A stretch of 64,000 nucleotides of DNA from Candidatus Levybacteria bacterium RIFCSPHIGHO2_01_FULL_37_17 (GTDB lineage: Bacteria; Patescibacteriota; Microgenomatia; Levybacterales; UBA12049). Shown here in pieces: positions 9,605 to 18,878 of the stretch. A program made the translations under genes and the position numbers. Under the pieces are notes generated by a model. It saw only the letters and a list, made by a program, of their open reading frames with translations. It did no database searches and had not been told where the DNA came from. Every line of letters starts with the position of its first letter. The stretch's first letter is position 1. The stretch spans positions 60,865 through 124,864 of the forward strand of contig MFNL01000002.1 of the NCBI GenBank assembly GCA_001782035.1, in the 5' to 3' direction.

Positions 9605-11374
9605 TTATTTTTTAAACCAATCTTCTATCTGATTATACGACATCGTGTTTATAATGTCACTGCTCTTACCCCACCCGCGTCTTGCTACAAATACTCCATA
9701 CTTTTGTAAATCCATTTGACTTGCTGCATGACTGTCACTATCAATCACAAGTTTTACCCCTCGTTGAACCGCTCGTTTAACTAATGCGTCAGATAAGTCA
9801 AGTCTTTGTGGCTGGCTGTTTATTTCAAGTGCAATGTTTTTTTCCTTGCAAAAACTGAATATTTTCTCAAAGTCCAAATCATAACCGCTCCTATTATTTA
9901 ACAGCCTTCCAGTGGGATGACCAAGAATTTTGACTTTCTTATGCGATAATCCCTTTAGTACTCTTTCTGTCATTGCATCTCTAGTCATATTAAAAACGCT
10001 ATGAATCGAGACTATTACAGCATCAAGTAACTCTAATGACTTATCATCAACTGCTAAGTCACCATTAGGCAAAATGTCAATTTCGAGCATTTTAAATATT
10101 CGAACACCAATTTTATTAGATTTAAGTTGTTCGATATATTTATCTCTTTTAGTAAGTATTTTGAAGATTTGGTCATTGGTATGTTTTGAAATACTCGGAT
10201 TATGTTCCGAAAATCCCAGATATTCATATCCTAGTGACTTTGCTCTTTTTAACATATCCTCCATTGTGTCTTTCCCTAAATCGTGGCTTGGCTCAATAGG
10301 GAAATTTGAATGTATATGAAAGTCGCCTTTTATCTCATCAAGCTCTAAGAGCTTCGGAAGTTTGTTTGCAATTGAAAGTTCTATCTCCCCATTGTCCTCC
10401 CTCATTTCAGGTGGAATCCATTGCATTCCAAGCGCTTTATAAAATTCTTCCTCACTTGAATATTTTTGTAGTCTTTTATCTTTTGTTTTTAACTTCTTTA
10501 TTCCATACTCTGATAAGGATAAGCCCTTGCTTAGCGCATACTCACGTAAATGAACGTTGTGGTTTTTGCTGCCCGTAAAATGCTGCAAAAGTGAACCAAA
10601 AGCGTCTTTTGGCTGAATTAATAAGTCAATTTGCTTTCCGCCAGAGACCAAAATTGAGGAGGAAACATCACCTTTTTCTATTACTCGTTCTTTAAATGGA
10701 TAATTTACAAAATGATCAATTACTGCTTTAGGATTTGAGGTTGAGACCGCAAAATCTATGTCTCCAATAGTTGAAGTTCTTCTTCTAAGGCTTCCTAAGG
10801 CCTCAACTCTTTCAACGTTCTTTGTTTTAAGTAAATAGTTTTTAATCTTCTCCGCAATTTCAAAGGCATATGGCAACACCATTCTTGACGTCTTTCCCTT
10901 TCCAGCTCTAAATTCATCAATTGCTCTGAGTATATCTTTTTCACTCTTTTCGCCAAAGCCCTCAAGATGTGCTATTTTACCTCGTTTTGCAATTTTTTCG
11001 AGCTGGTCTATCACAGTTTTCTCGTTATTCAACTTAAATTCCATTACAAGCCTAAAAGCTTTTTTAGGTCCGAAGGTGGGAATATCGGTTAACACAAAAA
11101 CTGATTTAGGGATTCCATTTAAGACCCAATCAAAATGTTTAACTTTGCCCTTTTTAAACAGTTCTTCTAAGTGAGATTTAATAGTGGGACCCACTCCGGG
11201 TAAAAGTTCCAGTGAGTCTTCTTTAATGTATTCAGACAATTCACCGTTTAAATTAGCAATGGACTCAGACGCTTTTTGATACGCAATAATTTGGAATCTG
11301 AATTTTTTCTCGTTTTTTATGGTATAAGCAGTTGCAATATTTTGAAGAAGTTTTGCTACTTCTATGTTGCTCAT
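9605..11374 (-). CDS. polX: DNA polymerase X family protein with a C-terminal PHP phosphoesterase domain
   Basis: N-terminal HhH/Pol-beta-like region and C-terminal PHP motifs (GDFHIHSNFP..., HPTGRLL, DSDSH). Confidence 0.8.
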   Translation of the reverse strand: MSNIEVAKLLQNIATAYTIKNEKKFRFQIIAYQKASESIANLNGELSEYIKEDSLELLPGVGPTIKSHLEELFKKGKVKHFDWVLNGIPKSVFVLTDIPTFGPKKAFRLVMEFKLNNEKTVIDQLEKIAKRGKIAHLEGFGEKSEKDILRAIDEFRAGKGKTSRMVLPYAFEIAEKIKNYLLKTKNVERVEALGSLRRRTSTIGDIDFAVSTSNPKAVIDHFVNYPFKERVIEKGDVSSSILVSGGKQIDLLIQPKDAFGSLLQHFTGSKNHNVHLREYALSKGLSLSEYGIKKLKTKDKRLQKYSSEEEFYKALGMQWIPPEMREDNGEIELSIANKLPKLLELDEIKGDFHIHSNFPIEPSHDLGKDTMEDMLKRAKSLGYEYLGFSEHNPSISKHTNDQIFKILTKRDKYIEQLKSNKIGVRIFKMLEIDILPNGDLAVDDKSLELLDAVIVSIHSVFNMTRDAMTERVLKGLSHKKVKILGHPTGRLLNNRSGYDLDFEKIFSFCKEKNIALEINSQPQRLDLSDALVKRAVQRGVKLVIDSDSHAASQMDLQKYGVFVARRGWGKSSDIINTMSYNQIEDWFKK

Positions 11375-11445
11375 ACAATCGAAATCTTATCACACAGATT
11401 GATAATTCGACAAGCTCATTATCAAGCTTAAGCCTGTAGGATGGA

Positions 11446-11473
11446 TTGACGTAAGTTCAATTACTGATATAAT
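11446..11473 (+). promoter_or_regulatory. sigma70-like promoter for tRNA-Asp (TTGACG-N16-TATAAT)
   Basis: TTGACG at 11446-11451 and TATAAT at 11468-11473; the tRNA starts at 11483. Confidence 0.55.
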
Positions 11474-11482
11474 AGACTCCAC

Positions 11483-11558
11483 GGGCTCGTAGTGAAGAGG
11501 CCTATCACGCCTCCCTGTCACGGAGGAGATCACCGGTTCGAATCCGGCCGAGCCCGCA
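11483..11558 (+). tRNA. tRNA-Asp (GTC)
   Basis: Cloverleaf folded by eye: acceptor GGGCTCG/CGAGCCC, anticodon loop CTGTCAC, T-arm ACCGG-TTCGAAT-CCGGC. Confidence 0.85.
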
Positions 11559-11595
11559 ACTGCCCCATATCTTTCTGTCCGAAAGGAGGGAATAA

Positions 11596-12126
11596 ATGGC
11601 AAAATCAAATAACAACTTCTTATCGCAAATTAAGTGGGGAGAATCCTACACAAGTCTTATCTTAGGAGTAGTCGTAGTGCTTGTTGCCGTTGCTTTGCTT
11701 TTTTTAATTTTTAAAAACAGTACAAATCAAAAGAAAGAAACAGGTTCTGCTTCAACAAATGAAGAAAAAACTTATACCGTAAAAGAAGGAGATGATTTGT
11801 GGCACATATCAGAAGGATTATACGGCTCCGGATATAACTGGCAAGATTTAGCAAAAGCAAATAAAATCTCTAACCCAAACATAATAGTGCCTGGCACTAA
11901 ATTATCGGTTCCAAAAGTTGAAGTTAAAGAAAGAACCATTACAGAGGCAGTAAGAGATAATACAATTACCGGCAACTCCTATAGCGTGATTGAAGGAGAT
12001 AATCTTTGGAGCATATCTATCAGAGCTTATGGGGATGGATATAAATGGCCGGAGGTTGCAAAAGCTAATAACTTACAGAATCCTGATAGGATATATGTTG
12101 GGATAGTGCTAAAGCTTCCTAGGTAG
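11596..12126 (+). CDS. LysM-domain protein with an N-terminal TM helix and two LysM repeats
   Basis: Two copies of the ...EGDDLWHISEGLYGSGYNWQDLAKAN...LSVP pattern. Confidence 0.7.
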   Translation: MAKSNNNFLSQIKWGESYTSLILGVVVVLVAVALLFLIFKNSTNQKKETGSASTNEEKTYTVKEGDDLWHISEGLYGSGYNWQDLAKANKISNPNIIVPGTKLSVPKVEVKERTITEAVRDNTITGNSYSVIEGDNLWSISIRAYGDGYKWPEVAKANNLQNPDRIYVGIVLKLPR

Positions 12127-12157
12127 AGTATTTTTTTGTATAATTGTTTTGTCACTA

Positions 12158-12228
12158 GCGGGATTGGTTCAGTGGCAGAATATTTCCTTCCCAAGGAAGA
12201 GACGCGAGTCCGATTCTCGTATCCCGCT
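12158..12228 (+). tRNA. tRNA-Gly (CCC)
   Basis: Acceptor GCGGGAT/ATCCCGC; anticodon stem TTTCC/GGAAG with loop TTCCCAA; T-loop reads TCCGATT (C at position 55). Confidence 0.8.
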
Positions 12229-12283
12229 CAGAGTAATGGGAAACAATTGTTGACGATCGTTTTATCTTTTGATATAGTAAATT

Positions 12284-13951
12284 GTGCCCGGCAGAATTAG
12301 CACTAAATACATTTTTGTTTCAGGTGGCGTAATATCAGGGATAGGAAAAGGTACCACCGCGTCCTCTATCGCACTGCTTTTGAAATCCTCTGGTTACAAA
12401 GTTTCGCCCATAAAATTTGAAAACTATTTAAACGTTGACGCGGGAACTATTAACCCCATAGAACACGGTGACCCTTTTTTGTGCGAAGACGGAACCGAAG
12501 GAGATATGGATCTAGGTAGTTATGAGAAATATCTTGATGAAAACATGAGCGCCGATAACTTTGTAACAATGGGAAGAATATATAAAACTGTAATAGATAA
12601 AGAAAGAAGATTTGAGTATAACGGCGAGGATGTTGAGGCTATTCCAAATATAACAGATGAGATTTTAAGAAGGTTAAGTGTCTTAGAACAAAAAGATAAA
12701 CCCGATATTATAATCATAGAGCTTGGAGGAACAGCAGGCGAATATCAAAACGTACTTTTCTATGAAGCCTCTAGAATGCTAACGCTTAAAAAGCCCAAAG
12801 ATGTTATACATATTCATGTAAGTTATGTTCCTACTCCGGGGCATCTTGGAGAGCCTAAAACTAAGCCCACCCAGTTGTCCGTTAGAACCCTAAACACAAT
12901 GGGTATACAGCCCGATTTCCTTGTTACAAGGGGAGAGAAGTATTTAGATCAACGAAGAAAGGATAGGCTCGCTTTATTTTGCAATATGCACAAAGAAGAT
13001 GTTATATCCAGTCCCGATCTTGATTCTGTTTATGAGATTCCATTTGTTCTGCATTTGCAGAATTTGGATATTCGAATACAAAAAAGATTAGGACTTATAG
13101 TAAGACAACCAAAGTTAAAATTATGGAAAGAGTTTGTTAAGAGTACGAAAAAATTCAGTAAAAATATAAAAATTGCCATTGTAGGAAAGTATTTTGCTGC
13201 TGGTGATTATCAGCTAAAAGACTCGTACGCAGCGTTATTTGATGCAATTGATCATGCTAGCTATAAGCTTGGTGTAAAACCTGAAACCGAATGGATAGAC
13301 GCAGAAAGAATAGAGAAACATGGAACCAAGGCTGTATTTAACGAGATTGGAACAATAAATGGAATTATAGTTCCCATCGGCTGGGGAGAGCGAGGTGCGG
13401 AAGGCATGATTAGTACCGCTGGTTATGCACGGGATAATAAAATTCCCTACCTTGGCCTTTGTTACGGAATGCAACTTGCATCAATTTCCTTTGCGAGAGA
13501 TATCTTAGGTATAAAAGATGCAAACTCCCAAGAAAATAGTAAAACAAAAAATCCAATCATCTGTTTTATCCCAACCCAGCAAGATATTATAAGAAAAAAG
13601 GAGTACGGAGGGACTATGAGGCTTGGGGGCTGGAATGCTATTGTTAAAAAAGGGACTGTAGCCTACGAAATCTATGACAAATATAATGGTTTTATAAATA
13701 AATCTAAAGGTTTAACCAGCGAAAGACATAGACACAGATATGAGTTTAATAATAAGTATGCTAAAGATTTTGAAAGAAACGGTATGGTGATTTCGGCAAG
13801 AAGTGTGAAAGAAAACTTAGTTGAAATAATTGAGCTTCCTAAAAAAACACACCCTTTTTATCTCGGTACTCAAGGGCATCCTGAATATAAAAGCAGACCC
13901 TTAAAACCACATCCGATTTTTCTTGAATTTATAGCTGCGTGTTCTTCTTGA
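12284..13951 (+). CDS. pyrG: CTP synthase (GTG start)
   Basis: YIFVSGGVISGIGKGTTASSIALLL N-terminus and a GATase C-domain (GLCYGMQ). TTGACG-N17-TATAGT promoter at 12257-12284. Confidence 0.9.
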   Translation: MPGRISTKYIFVSGGVISGIGKGTTASSIALLLKSSGYKVSPIKFENYLNVDAGTINPIEHGDPFLCEDGTEGDMDLGSYEKYLDENMSADNFVTMGRIYKTVIDKERRFEYNGEDVEAIPNITDEILRRLSVLEQKDKPDIIIIELGGTAGEYQNVLFYEASRMLTLKKPKDVIHIHVSYVPTPGHLGEPKTKPTQLSVRTLNTMGIQPDFLVTRGEKYLDQRRKDRLALFCNMHKEDVISSPDLDSVYEIPFVLHLQNLDIRIQKRLGLIVRQPKLKLWKEFVKSTKKFSKNIKIAIVGKYFAAGDYQLKDSYAALFDAIDHASYKLGVKPETEWIDAERIEKHGTKAVFNEIGTINGIIVPIGWGERGAEGMISTAGYARDNKIPYLGLCYGMQLASISFARDILGIKDANSQENSKTKNPIICFIPTQQDIIRKKEYGGTMRLGGWNAIVKKGTVAYEIYDKYNGFINKSKGLTSERHRHRYEFNNKYAKDFERNGMVISARSVKENLVEIIELPKKTHPFYLGTQGHPEYKSRPLKPHPIFLEFIAACSS

Positions 13952-13982
13952 GCTTATTTTGTAACTATTGTATAATTAGCGC

Positions 13983-14267
13983 ATGAATAGAGAGCTAAAT
14001 TTTAAAGTGGGGGACATAATTAAAGTTCACCAGAGAATTTCCGAAGGGGATAAAACAAGAATTCAGATTTTTGAAGGCGCTGTTTTATCAATTCGCGGAA
14101 GAGGCGAAAACAAAATGTTTACCGTTAGAAAATTGGTTGGAGACATTGCAGTCGAGCGAATATTTCCTCTTAATTCTCCAAATATTGAAAAGATTTTAAT
14201 TAAAGGACAGATTAAGCAAAAAGTTACAAGATCAAAATTATACTTTTTAAGGCATTCCCTGCAATAG
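13983..14267 (+). CDS. rplS: 50S ribosomal protein L19
   Basis: KVGDIIKVHQRISEGDKTRIQIFEGAVLSIRGRGENKMFTVRK matches the L19 consensus. Confidence 0.85.
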   Translation: MNRELNFKVGDIIKVHQRISEGDKTRIQIFEGAVLSIRGRGENKMFTVRKLVGDIAVERIFPLNSPNIEKILIKGQIKQKVTRSKLYFLRHSLQ

Positions 14268-14627
14268 ATGTATATTCCCAATCCAACTGCCAGGCTTGGA
14301 GAAAAATTGGCTGCTGAATACCTCGAGAAACAAGGGTATAAAATAATTGAGAGAAATTTCCGCAAAGGTTGGGGAGAAATAGATATTATCGCGCTTGATG
14401 ACAAAACCCTTGTTTTTGTAGAGGTAAAAACTAAAACTTCTAATAAATTTGGTACGCCATTTGAAGCAATGACTCCTTTCAAAATAAAAGCCCTAGAAAG
14501 AACTGCAATGTTTTATAAAAAACTTCATCCTGAGCTGCCGGAAGCACTACGAATAGATGCGGTAGGCGTTGTATTAAGTAAAGACAAAAATGCTAAAATA
14601 GATTTAATCAAAAACATTTATGGATAA
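14268..14627 (+). CDS. YraN/UPF0102 family endonuclease
   Basis: RKGWGEIDIIALDDKTLVFVEVKT is the YraN core. Confidence 0.7.
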   Translation: MYIPNPTARLGEKLAAEYLEKQGYKIIERNFRKGWGEIDIIALDDKTLVFVEVKTKTSNKFGTPFEAMTPFKIKALERTAMFYKKLHPELPEALRIDAVGVVLSKDKNAKIDLIKNIYG

Positions 14628-14629
14628 CT

Positions 14630-14863
14630 ATGATTAAAATTGGTGGGGTGTATAAACATTTTAAAGGACATATTGTTAAGGTAATTGCCTTGGGAAGACA
14701 TTCTGAAACTCGCGAGTGGTATGTGGTATATGAAAAGACTGATGATGGCGATGGATACAAAAAGGGTGACGTTTGGATAAGAACAAAAGAAATGTTTTTG
14801 GAAATTGTCGAACGTGATGGCAAAAAGTTTCCTCGTTTTGAGCTTATTTCTTCAGAAACTTGA
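14630..14863 (+). CDS. DUF1653-like small protein
   Basis: GVYKHFKGHIVKV...REWYVVYEK pattern. Confidence 0.45.
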   Translation: MIKIGGVYKHFKGHIVKVIALGRHSETREWYVVYEKTDDGDGYKKGDVWIRTKEMFLEIVERDGKKFPRFELISSET

Positions 14864-16832
14864 TTTGATCGCGCAAGATTGCTGCGGTTTCAAAGTCCAA
14901 CTCTTTTGCAGCGTTTCGCATCTCAATAGATAATCTTTTTATTAACTTTTCTTTTTCATCGGGAAGCAATACTTCTTTCTTTTGCAAAGTTAAAAGGTAA
15001 TTTGCTTGTTTTTCATCATCTATTGTTTCTTCAACCAATTTTGCCCTTATTGCTTTTTCAATAGATTTAGGGGTAATTTTATGCTTTTTATTATATTCAA
15101 GCTGGATATCTCTTCTTCTACCAACTTCTTTGATAGCCTCGCGCATAGAACCAGTAATTTCATCTGCATACATAATTACTAGGCTGTCTACGTTTCTTGC
15201 TGCTCTCCCCATTGTTTGGATTAAAGAAGTCTTACTTCTCAAAAAACCTTCTTTATCCGCGTCCAAGATTGCAACCAAAGCGACTTCCGGAAGATCCAAG
15301 CCTTCTCTTAGCAGGTTAATTCCGACTAGCACATCATATTCACCACCTCTTAGTCTGTCTAAAACATCTTGCCGTTGTAGGGTCTCAATATCTGCATGGA
15401 GATAGGATACCTTAATATCTCTTTCCTGAAGGTATGATGAAAGATCTTCAGCCATCCTTTTAGTTAGAGTTGTAACTAAAACTCGCTGTTTACTGGATAT
15501 TCTTTTCTCAATCTCCTTAATTAAGTCTTCAATCTGTCCTTTTGTTTTTTTTACGACTACTTCTGGATCTACAAGTCCCGTCGGCCTAATTAACTGTTCA
15601 GTGACATCACCACTTCCTTTAGCTAAGGAGATTTCGTAGTCATTTGGAGTAGCGCTTACATAAACTGCTTCATTTATTCTTCTTGCAAATTCCTCATACC
15701 TTAAAGGCCTGTTGTCTAATGCAGAAGGCAGCCTGAATCCGTAATCGATTAAAGTTTCTTTTCTTGCCCTATCTCCGTTGTACATTCCTCTAAGCTGGGG
15801 AAGTGTCATGTGCGATTCATCAATTATGGTAAGAAAGTCATCACTACATGCACTCATATAATCAAGTAGCGTAAATGGTGGCTCTCCCGGTTTTCTTCCA
15901 TCAAAATATCTTGAGTAATTTTCGATTCCATTTACGTAACCAAGCTCCTGTATCATGTCTAAGTCAAAATTAGTTCGTTGCTCAATTCTTTGTGCTTCCA
16001 AAAGCTTTTCTTTGCTTCTGAAAAACTTAACTCTTTCCTGCATCTCGGCTCGAATCTTAGGAAAAACATCTCTATAAACACTGGGGTCAGTCATATAATG
16101 TTTTGCGGGGTAAATTACATATTTTTCAAGCTTTCGGATAATGTCACCAGTTAAGGGGCTAAACTCATATAATTTTTTAAGAATCGAATTTTTCATCTCA
16201 ATTCGCAATGCTTGATCCGAGTATGCCGGAAACAGATCTATATCTTCTCCTCTTACCCTAAAAGTTCCTCTTTTAAAACCGTAGTCATTTCTTTCATATT
16301 GAAGGTCAGTTAGCTTCGATAAAACATCATTTTGGTCAATCATTGTACCAGCAGATAAATCCATTACAAATTTTCCATATTCTGTAGGGGATCCAAGATT
16401 ATATATGCATGAGACAGATGCAACAACTATTACGTCTTTACGTGTAAGTAAATTTGCAGTCGCGGAAAGTCTTAACTTATCTATTTCCTCATTAATTTCT
16501 ACCTCTTTTTCAATATAGGTATCGCTCTGTGGAACATATGCTTCGGGCTGATAAAAATCATAGTATGAGACAAAATAGGAGACAGCATTATCTGGAAAAA
16601 AATCCCTAAATTCTTGATATAGCTGTCCTGCAAGTGTTTTATTATGAGAAACAACAAGCGTTGGCCTTTGAATGTTTTGAATAACATTAGCCATGGTAAA
16701 AGTTTTACCGCTTCCTGTAACACCTAAGAGTACTTGATGTTTAGCGCTTTTTTGAAGCCCGTGAGAGATTTTTTTAATGGCATCTGGTTGATCTCCCGTT
16801 GGCTTAAAGCCGGATTTTAATTTAAATTCCAT
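14844..16832 (-). CDS. uvrB: excinuclease ABC subunit B; the true start is probably the internal Met MEFKLKSGFKPTGDQP
   Basis: UvrB N-terminus (F.L.S.FKP.GDQP.AI), Walker A VTGSGKTFT, helicase motifs, and a C-terminal UvrB/UvrC interaction helix. Confidence 0.9.
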   Translation of the reverse strand: MEFKLKSGFKPTGDQPDAIKKISHGLQKSAKHQVLLGVTGSGKTFTMANVIQNIQRPTLVVSHNKTLAGQLYQEFRDFFPDNAVSYFVSYYDFYQPEAYVPQSDTYIEKEVEINEEIDKLRLSATANLLTRKDVIVVASVSCIYNLGSPTEYGKFVMDLSAGTMIDQNDVLSKLTDLQYERNDYGFKRGTFRVRGEDIDLFPAYSDQALRIEMKNSILKKLYEFSPLTGDIIRKLEKYVIYPAKHYMTDPSVYRDVFPKIRAEMQERVKFFRSKEKLLEAQRIEQRTNFDLDMIQELGYVNGIENYSRYFDGRKPGEPPFTLLDYMSACSDDFLTIIDESHMTLPQLRGMYNGDRARKETLIDYGFRLPSALDNRPLRYEEFARRINEAVYVSATPNDYEISLAKGSGDVTEQLIRPTGLVDPEVVVKKTKGQIEDLIKEIEKRISSKQRVLVTTLTKRMAEDLSSYLQERDIKVSYLHADIETLQRQDVLDRLRGGEYDVLVGINLLREGLDLPEVALVAILDADKEGFLRSKTSLIQTMGRAARNVDSLVIMYADEITGSMREAIKEVGRRRDIQLEYNKKHKITPKSIEKAIRAKLVEETIDDEKQANYLLTLQKKEVLLPDEKEKLIKRLSIEMRNAAKELDFETAAILRDQIKFLKK

Positions 16833-16911
16833 AAAACACTTTATTTTAACACAGTTTGACTGTATTTGACTTCTTGACAAAGTTCTACTTTTTTTCGTAT
16901 ATTTTATTCAT
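16833..16911. promoter_or_regulatory. divergent uvrB/lexA control region with candidate LexA operator(s)
   Basis: TTGAC occurs three times at about 10-11 nt spacing. There is an imperfect palindrome ACACAG-N5-CTGTAT. TTGACA-N18-TATATT precedes lexA. Confidence 0.35.
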
Positions 16912-17541
16912 ATGCCAGGAGTCCTATACAGAAAAGAAAGAGAAGTATTAGAGTTTCTTGCCCAATTCCAGAGGCAATATGGATATTCACCTACGCTGTC
17001 TGAAATTGCCCAAGGAACAGGACACAGAAGCAATTCTACTGTACATACTTTGATACGCTCCTTGGTTGAGAAGGGATACGTACAAAAAGTAGATGGAAAT
17101 ACCAGGGTTTTAAAGATAGTTGATGAGAAAGTTCAATTTTCCCTATTAGGAAGCAAGCCAGCAATAGAGCTTCCACTAATGGGTTTTATTGCAGCCGGTG
17201 CGCCTCTTGAGCCCTACACAGATCCCAATGCTACATTTTATGTATCAGCATCGCTTCTTTCAGGCAAAAATACCGCGTATGTTTTACAAGTCAAGGGAAG
17301 ATCCATGATTGAAGAAGGTATTTTGGAAGGTGATTTTGTTGTAATAGAAAAAGTCAGTGAAGCTATTAACGGAGATATAGTTGTTGCAATAGTAGATGAT
17401 AATCTGGCTACTCTCAAAAAATTTTACAAAGAGGATGGTAGAGTAGTCCTGCGACCGGCAAACTCTGAAATGGCTCCAATTTATCCTACAAAATTAACCA
17501 TTCAAGGGAAGGTTGTAGGCCTAGTACGTAGATTCGATTAA
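16912..17541 (+). CDS. lexA: LexA repressor (wHTH plus S24 peptidase)
   Basis: C-terminal VKGRSMIEEGILEGDFVVIEK ... VVLRPANSEM with the Ser/Lys dyad context. Divergent from uvrB. Confidence 0.8.
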   Translation: MPGVLYRKEREVLEFLAQFQRQYGYSPTLSEIAQGTGHRSNSTVHTLIRSLVEKGYVQKVDGNTRVLKIVDEKVQFSLLGSKPAIELPLMGFIAAGAPLEPYTDPNATFYVSASLLSGKNTAYVLQVKGRSMIEEGILEGDFVVIEKVSEAINGDIVVAIVDDNLATLKKFYKEDGRVVLRPANSEMAPIYPTKLTIQGKVVGLVRRFD

Positions 17542-18173
17542 CTCCTAAGTTTAATAATCTTTAGCTTGTGATTGATGTACCAAATTCCCCCGAGAACTAA
17601 AACAACGGCGATTACTATTTCAAATTTCCTAAAATAGGGTTCTAAAACGTGCCATTCTTTGCCAAAAGTAACACCCACATAGGTTAAAAAAGCGGACCAT
17701 ATAAACGATCCTAAAAATGTTAGAATAGAAAATTTCCAAATGTTCATTTCCGCTAGTCCCGCAGGAAGAGAAATGAATGTACGGATTGCGGGAATAATTC
17801 TTGAGAAAAACGCAACAAAATCCCCATACTTATTAAGCCACTTTACGCTGCGCAAATATTCGTGCTCTGTTATAAGAAAAAACTTTCCGTATTTCTTAAC
17901 TAGCTTTAGAATAACGTGTTCTTCTAAATAGAACCCAATTCCATAAGCAATTAATGAGCCGACCAAATTTGCAAAAGCACCTACTAAAACCACTAGCCAG
18001 AAATCGAGCTTTCCTTGACTAACCAAAAATCCTGCGAATGGCATTGTAACTTCGGATGGAATAGGTATTAGCGCTGACTCAAGTGTCATTAAAATAAAAA
18101 TTCCCAAGTAGCCTGTGGTTTCAATTGTCTGTATAATAGTGGCTGTTAGTGTATGAAGGATGGTTTCAATCAT
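17538..18173 (-). CDS. DedA/SNARE-associated family membrane protein
   Basis: DedA signature region (AGFLVSQGKLDFWLVVLVGAFANLVGSLIAYGIGF) and several TM helices. Confidence 0.7.
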   Translation of the reverse strand: MIETILHTLTATIIQTIETTGYLGIFILMTLESALIPIPSEVTMPFAGFLVSQGKLDFWLVVLVGAFANLVGSLIAYGIGFYLEEHVILKLVKKYGKFFLITEHEYLRSVKWLNKYGDFVAFFSRIIPAIRTFISLPAGLAEMNIWKFSILTFLGSFIWSAFLTYVGVTFGKEWHVLEPYFRKFEIVIAVVLVLGGIWYINHKLKIIKLRS

Positions 18174-18878
18174 AATAAAGTGGGCACGTTATTTATTGTA
18201 GCAACACCTATCGGAAATTTACAAGATATAACATTTAGGGCTTTAAAAACTCTTGAGAGTGTCGACTTTATTGCAGCCGAAGACACTAGGATAACTTCAA
18301 TTTTACTTAAGAAATACTTTCCTGAAAACTATAAGCAAATGAATTTAAAGTTATTCCCGTTTTTTGAAAAAAACGAACAGCTTAAGGCAGAACAAATATT
18401 AAATATACTAAAAAACGGTAAAAACGTTGCTTTGGTATCTGACGCAGGAACACCAACTGTTTCGGATCCAGGGTTTAAGCTAGTTAGGGAATGTAAGGCC
18501 CAAGGGATTGATGTAGTTTCAATCCCTGGCCCAACAGGCGTGATATCAGCCTTAGTCTCGAGCGGTTTGCCAACTGATAAGTTTACATTTTTGGGTTTCC
18601 CCCCTTTAAAACCCGGGCATAGGCTCGAATTGTTCAAAAAGGTACAAGAAAGCCATAAATATGTAGAGGCGACGATCATTTTCTATGAATCGCCGCATAA
18701 GATTTTAAAAACGTTGCAGGATCTGAAAAGTGTTTTTGGAAATATTCAAATTGTCGTAGCAAGAGAACTAACAAAGATACATGAAAAGGTAGAAAGGGGT
18801 AGTATTCAGCAATTTATAGATTCTTATTCTAAAAAGGGCGTAAGAGGGGAATTAACTGTGCTTTTTAGCCTAAAGTGA
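18153..18878 (+). CDS. rsmI: 16S rRNA (cytidine1402-2'-O)-methyltransferase
   Basis: FIVATPIGNLQDITFRALKTL...AAEDTR tetrapyrrole-methylase-like N-terminus. Confidence 0.8.
   Translation: MKDGFNHNKVGTLFIVATPIGNLQDITFRALKTLESVDFIAAEDTRITSILLKKYFPENYKQMNLKLFPFFEKNEQLKAEQILNILKNGKNVALVSDAGTPTVSDPGFKLVRECKAQGIDVVSIPGPTGVISALVSSGLPTDKFTFLGFPPLKPGHRLELFKKVQESHKYVEATIIFYESPHKILKTLQDLKSVFGNIQIVVARELTKIHEKVERGSIQQFIDSYSKKGVRGELTVLFSLK

Noticed and set aside
11390-11608. 72-aa minus-strand ORF
   Set aside because: It lies antisense across tRNA-Asp and its promoter, so it is a spurious ORF.
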